Assembly: GCA_035405645.1 (NCBI GenBank)
Contig: DAONJL010000009.1
Location: forward strand, 5,216 to 69,215
Length of the DNA stretch: 64,000 nucleotides
Origin: a bacterium
GTDB taxonomy: Bacteria; JAGOBX01; DAONJL01
Direction of reading: 5' to 3'
Made by a program: the position numbers and the translations under genes. Of this stretch, positions 59,677 to 64,000 are shown one piece after another. How positions within the stretch are numbered: the first letter of the stretch is position 1; the number at the start of each line of letters is the position of its first letter. Below the pieces are notes generated by a model, which had not been told where the DNA came from, searched no databases, and worked only from the letters and a program-made list of their open reading frames with translations.

Positions 59677-60618
59677 TTATAAAATTTTTTTTCCCTCTTC
59701 TTCTTCTTTTTTATGCAAATTTCTAAAATCAAACCAAACATCAAAAATACCTAAAACACCAATAAAAATAATTAAACCCAATAAGAAAATCAAAATAAAG
59801 AAAAACAATTGAAAAATAGGTTTAATATCATATTTCAAAAACCAAAATTTTATAACTGCTAATCCCTGAATGAAATAAAAAATAAATAAAATAATTCCTA
59901 AATTCATACATAGTAGATAAAGAAATTTATATTGCTTTAAAAATAGGACACCCGCAAAAGCAATTAGAAGAAACCATATAAAATAATCATCTAAATTAAA
60001 TTGCAAAAATTTTTCAAGATAAGGTAGATTTATTTTAAAACTTTTACAAACATATTGTAAAACAAAATAAGATAATAAAGTATTTATAAAAATCGAAGAA
60101 TAAAACAAAGAAGGGAGAGATTTTTTTAAAAAAGAAATTTGCATATTTATTATTGCTTCTCTCTCCTTAACAGATGAAAAATTAAATTTATTAGAAAAAC
60201 TAAGTGCAGTTTTTTTTGCTATCTCAATTTTTTGAGAAATAAAAGAAGTTATATCAATTCTTTGTAATTTCATAAAAATAAGTAAAAAAAATATAAAGAT
60301 AAAAAAAACAATAGCAGAAGTAAAGATGATATTTATATATGGTTTAATTTGTTTATATTTAATAAAATAAGCCATCAAAATACCAGTGAAAACAAAAATA
60401 GTAACAAACATAAAAGTATATAAAATACCTGAAAAAAAATAGACAATTATTGTTGCGACTATTGAAGCAAGAATGCCAGTCTTTAAAGAATATTTTAAAA
60501 TTAAAATAGTAATAGGAATAGAAGAGAAAATACCAAAAAGAAAATATATCACCGCAGAAATAGAAGCAAATAATCCTGCTTCAACAATTTCATAAGTTGA
60601 ATATTTATGTGTTTTCAT
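59677..60618 (-). CDS. YybS-like (DUF2232) polytopic membrane protein
   Basis: ~8 TM helices, 313 aa. Located between rpsR and rplI as yybS is in Firmicutes. Confidence 0.5.
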   Translation of the reverse strand: MKTHKYSTYEIVEAGLFASISAVIYFLFGIFSSIPITILILKYSLKTGILASIVATIIVYFFSGILYTFMFVTIFVFTGILMAYFIKYKQIKPYINIIFTSAIVFFIFIFFLLIFMKLQRIDITSFISQKIEIAKKTALSFSNKFNFSSVKEREAIINMQISFLKKSLPSLFYSSIFINTLLSYFVLQYVCKSFKINLPYLEKFLQFNLDDYFIWFLLIAFAGVLFLKQYKFLYLLCMNLGIILFIFYFIQGLAVIKFWFLKYDIKPIFQLFFFILIFLLGLIIFIGVLGIFDVWFDFRNLHKKEEEEGKKIL

Positions 60619-60643
60619 AATATTTTTAAATTATGATAAATTG

Positions 60644-60883
60644 TTAAATCATTTTCTTACTATCAGTAGTAAAAGGCAGTAAAGCTAAATATCTTGCTCG
60701 TTTGATTGCAACATTTAATTTTCGTTGATGTTTAGCGCAGGTACCTGTTGTTCTTCTTGGTAAAATTTTTCCTCTTGCTGAAATAAATTTTTGTAATGTA
60801 TTTAATTCTTTGTAATCAATTCGTTCATTAATGTCAGAACAAAATAAGCATTTCTTTTTTCGCTTTCTAAAAAATTTATACAT
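60644..60883 (-). CDS. rpsR: 30S ribosomal protein S18
   Basis: [15 protein letters not shown]...[14 protein letters not shown]. Start trimmed to the Met preceded by GGAGG. The longer ORF-track N-terminus is an artefact. Confidence 0.85.
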   Translation of the reverse strand: MYKFFRKRKKKCLFCSDINERIDYKELNTLQKFISARGKILPRRTTGTCAKHQRKLNVAIKRARYLALLPFTTDSKKMI

Positions 60884-60951
60884 ATTATAATATTTCCTCC
60901 TTCTAAATATAAAAAAATAATTAAAAAAATAATCTGGCAAAAAAATTTTAC

Positions 60952-61347
60952 TTAATCAACTTCGTTATCTAAATCTTCAAACTCTTCTTTCTTATCGTTG
61001 TCATCAGGATTGCCTAAAAATCTGATTTTATCAGCAACAACATTTAATTTGCCTCTTTTAGTACCATCAGGCATTGTCCAGCTGCGAAATTGCAAATGCC
61101 CCTCGACAAAAATTGAACTACCTTTTTTTAAATATTCACAGCATTTTTCTGCCTGCGAAGCCCAAACAATAATATCAATAAAAGCTGTCTCTTCTTTGAT
61201 TTCGCCTTTACTCTTCCACTTTCTATTTACTGCTGCTACTAATCTCGCTACTGATGTGCCATCAGGAGTCTTACTTAATTCTGGGTCGCGACTGAGATTT
61301 CCAATAATAAATACTTTATTAAAATTTTTTAAACCTCCATAACTCAT
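60952..61347 (-). CDS. ssb: Single-stranded DNA-binding protein
   Basis: OB-fold blocks [13 protein letters not shown] and [19 protein letters not shown]. Acidic C-terminal tail DLDNEVD. Confidence 0.8.
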   Translation of the reverse strand: MSYGGLKNFNKVFIIGNLSRDPELSKTPDGTSVARLVAAVNRKWKSKGEIKEETAFIDIIVWASQAEKCCEYLKKGSSIFVEGHLQFRSWTMPDGTKRGKLNVVADKIRFLGNPDDNDKKEEFEDLDNEVD

Positions 61348-61349
61348 GA

Positions 61350-61745
61350 TTAATTACTCCTTATTTCTTCTTTTACTTCTGCTTCTTTGGCTTCTTCTTT
61401 TTGTTCTGTTTCTTCTTCTTGCACTTTTTCTTGTTCATTAATAATATCCTCAGTAGAAGAAACAATTAAAAATCTTAAAATACCCTCTAAATATTTGATT
61501 TTATTATGGATACGAGCAGTGGATTTTGTATCAGCTACAAAATAAAATAAATAATAATAGCCATTTTTTCTTTTTTTAATTGGATATGCTAATGGCTTAA
61601 TTCCTAAATCAATTGTCTTTAATACTTCGTTCTCTTTATCAGATTTAATTATTCTTTTAATCTCATCAATTTTTTCAGCCCGCTCTTCTTCTGATAATTG
61701 AACATCAAATAAAATCATACATTCATACTGTTTTTTTCTCATCAT
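61350..61745 (-). CDS. rpsF: 30S ribosomal protein S6
   Basis: MMRKKQYECMILFD aligns with the S6 MRHYEIVFMV start. Start set to the first ATG, 5 nt downstream of GGAGGTGA. Acidic C-terminus. Confidence 0.8.
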   Translation of the reverse strand: MMRKKQYECMILFDVQLSEEERAEKIDEIKRIIKSDKENEVLKTIDLGIKPLAYPIKKRKNGYYYLFYFVADTKSTARIHNKIKYLEGILRFLIVSSTEDIINEQEKVQEEETEQKEEAKEAEVKEEIRSN

Positions 61746-61932
61746 TCTCACCTCCCTTCGGATATAAAGATTTTCTTTATAGTCAAATATATTATAATAT
61801 TTGACAGAGAGGGCATTTTATTTTTGTGTTTTTAAATTATTTTAAACTTTTTGTCAAGTATTATTCTTTATTTTTTTGGAAAAGGTAGAGCACCTAAAAT
61901 ATATTTTTTTAATTATTTTAATTATATCAGTT

Positions 61933-62391
61933 TTAATTCCACAATAAACTTGCTCTTAATTCTTTTGTCGTTTTCTTAATTCGAGTTGATAAAATTTTAT
62001 TGAAATTTTTCATTACTTTATAGCCAATGGCTGGATACTCATCTAATTTTTTCATAAACTCATCAATTGATATTCGTAATAAAGTTGAATCTTTTATTGT
62101 TGTTGCAGTAGCAGAACGCGGTTCGTGATCAATTAAAGCAAATTCCCCAAACACCTGACCTTCATCAACAGTATGGACAGATGCTTTTTCACTTTTCATT
62201 TGTAATTGAATCTCAATTGCTACCTTACCTTTTATAAGTATGTAAAAATCCTCACTTTTTGCTCCTTCTTCAAATATTATCTCATTTTCAGCATAATTTT
62301 CTATATTACAAATTGACTCAATTATTTTTAATTCATCATCAGTTAAATTTTCAAAAATTTGATTCTTTTTTAGTATTTCTAAATTACTCAT
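61933..62391 (-). CDS. Cyclic-nucleotide-binding (CAP-effector) domain protein
   Basis: FGEFALIDHEPRSATATTIKDSTLLRI is the cNMP-binding beta-roll signature. Start trimmed to MSNLEIL, which is preceded by AAGGAG. Confidence 0.6.
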   Translation of the reverse strand: MSNLEILKKNQIFENLTDDELKIIESICNIENYAENEIIFEEGAKSEDFYILIKGKVAIEIQLQMKSEKASVHTVDEGQVFGEFALIDHEPRSATATTIKDSTLLRISIDEFMKKLDEYPAIGYKVMKNFNKILSTRIKKTTKELRASLLWN

Positions 62392-62413
62392 AATTTTCTC
62401 CTTTATAAAAATA

Positions 62414-64000
62414 TTATAATTCTTCAACAATTACTTTTGCTATGCTATTTATGGTATTGGCAATATTCATTAATGCTTCAATAGCATCTAAAAAAATAGA
62501 ACTTTCAGATACACCAGTTCGCTCATCAGTTGATAATGAATTAAAATATTCTTGATGAATTTTTTTTGCTATTCTTTGTAATTTAGTATAAAGCAATGAG
62601 ACGCTTTCTGCTTCATCAATTTTTTTATTTTCAAAAGAATTTGATACCATTTTAAATAATTCAGATATCTTTGATGAAAGATTTTTTATATATTCTTTTT
62701 CTTTTTCATTTAATGAAATATTTTTCTCATTTAATTTGTTTGCCTGATGCATTAAATGCTTTACAACTATATCACCAATATTTTCAAAATAACTTGATAG
62801 ATAAAGTTGTGTTATATATAGTTTTGATTGTTCCTCACTTAAATTGCCGGAACGACTGATTTTATTTAAATATGGTCTTATTGCTTTATCAAGAATATCA
62901 ACTTTATCATCTTCTTTTGTTATTTTTTCAATTAACTCTTCTGATTTATTTATAAAAACAGTTTCAATATTATTTAGCATATATTGTACAATGCCACCCA
63001 TTCTTAATAATTCTTTTTTTGACATATCGAGTGCAATATCAGGATTATTTTCAAAGCCTTCCTGAATATATTGTGGCGCAAATACATTTTTCTCATCTTC
63101 TGTCTCTGGTATAATTTTATATATTAATTTTGCAATTAAATTAACAAAAGGGAAAAAAACAATAACACCAAAAGAAGCACACAAAGTATAAGTATTAGCC
63201 ACCTGCCGTGGAACAGAAGTTGAACCAAAAAATTTAGTTACTGCTATTACAACATCATCAATATATTTAATAAAAATAGTGCAAATAATAGCAGCAAGCA
63301 AAGCACAAATTGAATTTGCTATTGCTGTTCTTTTACCATTTTTATTTGCTCCTAATGAAGCAAGTAATGCTGTTGCAGAAGTTCCAACCATTGCACCAAG
63401 TACAAGTGGTACTGCTGATTCAAGTGTAATAAGATTTTGCTCTGCGAATGCAATACATAAACCTACGGTTGCTGCACTTGATTGAATAATCGCAGTAAAA
63501 AAAATAGAACAAATAATTGCAAGAATAGGTTGTGAACTTAATTTTAAAAGCATAGAAGTAAAATCTGGATAAGCACGCAATGGTTTCATTGCTCCAGACA
63601 TAATTTCCATTCCATAAAATAAAAAGCCAAAACCAATTAATACATTTCCTATTTGTTTAAACTTTTTTTTATGTGCTGATATTAACATTACAAAACCTGC
63701 AATAACAAGAATTAGTGCATAATCAGCAATTTTAAAAGCAATTAATTGTGCTGTTATTGTTGAGCCAATTCTTGCACCCTGCATAACAGAAATTGCCTGT
63801 GCCATTGTCATTAATGAAGCACCAACAAAACCAACACACATTGCTGTTGTAGCAGATGAACTTTGCACAGCGCCAGTTGCAATGATGCCGGTTATATAAC
63901 CTGATAATGTATTTTTAGTAAATTTAGATAATATTTCTTTCATTTTATCGCCTGCTACATTTTGCAAACCTTCGGCACATAATTTCATTCCATATAAAAA
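62414..64000 (-). CDS. Na+/phosphate cotransporter (NptA family) with C-terminal PhoU-like domain. The 5' end lies beyond the window.
   Basis: GAVQSSSATTAM and IIQSSAATVGL are the duplicated Na/Pi transporter motifs. The frame stays open to the window edge (FLYGMKL...). Confidence 0.7.
   Translation of the reverse strand, partial: FLYGMKLCAEGLQNVAGDKMKEILSKFTKNTLSGYITGIIATGAVQSSSATTAMCVGFVGASLMTMAQAISVMQGARIGSTITAQLIAFKIADYALILVIAGFVMLISAHKKKFKQIGNVLIGFGFLFYGMEIMSGAMKPLRAYPDFTSMLLKLSSQPILAIICSIFFTAIIQSSAATVGLCIAFAEQNLITLESAVPLVLGAMVGTSATALLASLGANKNGKRTAIANSICALLAAIICTIFIKYIDDVVIAVTKFFGSTSVPRQVANTYTLCASFGVIVFFPFVNLIAKLIYKIIPETEDEKNVFAPQYIQEGFENNPDIALDMSKKELLRMGGIVQYMLNNIETVFINKSEELIEKITKEDDKVDILDKAIRPYLNKISRSGNLSEEQSKLYITQLYLSSYFENIGDIVVKHLMHQANKLNEKNISLNEKEKEYIKNLSSKISELFKMVSNSFENKKIDEAESVSLLYTKLQRIAKKIHQEYFNSLSTDERTGVSESSIFLDAIEALMNIANTINSIAKVIVEEL

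Noticed and set aside
60884-60940. N-terminal extensions of rpsR and rpsF in the ORF track (the rpsF one is at 61746-61751)
   Set aside because: Alignment with S18/S6 N-termini and the position of GGAGG SD sequences place the true starts downstream.

Overview
This 64 kb window comes from a very AT-rich bacterial chromosome, roughly a quarter to 30 % GC by eye. The GC-rich spots are the three tRNA genes and a small island around 53.5–54.1 kb. Gene content points to a diderm (lptB, mlaE, lipoproteins) with Firmicutes/Thermotogae-like synteny: ispE–spoVG, rpsF–ssb–rpsR–yybS–rplI–dnaB, and a fused pyrBI. Most of the window is core metabolism and information processing: glnS, proS, pyrG, pyrBI, proB, argB, thiG, queC/queF, ispE, aroE, dnaB and ribosomal proteins, densely packed with many start/stop overlaps.

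The more interesting features are these:
- An [FeFe]-hydrogenase maturase operon (TM1266-like regulator–hydG–hydE–hydF) with no hydA in the window. It is preceded by a GC-rich candidate structured RNA leader and sits next to a divergent HPr-kinase-like P-loop gene.
- A membrane-anchored AmrS-like radical SAM gene translationally coupled to an HpcH/CitE-like aldolase gene, downstream of an MltD-like lytic transglycosylase.
- A PfkB-kinase/transketolase-N-terminal-subunit fusion without an adjacent tktB.
- Two c-di-GMP-related loci: REC-REC-HD-GYP + DUF2851, and REC–tRNA-Leu–FapA(DUF342)–PilZ–DUF62–TPR.
- A decaying integrative-element remnant beside tRNA-Met/Ile(CAT). It carries a short tyrosine recombinase with apparently substituted catalytic residues, hicB, a hicA disrupted by an in-frame TAA, and two tandem 10-bp-arm palindromes in the int–hicB spacer.

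No CRISPR arrays, rRNA genes or transposases were seen. All domain calls are by-eye motif recognition and need HMM confirmation.
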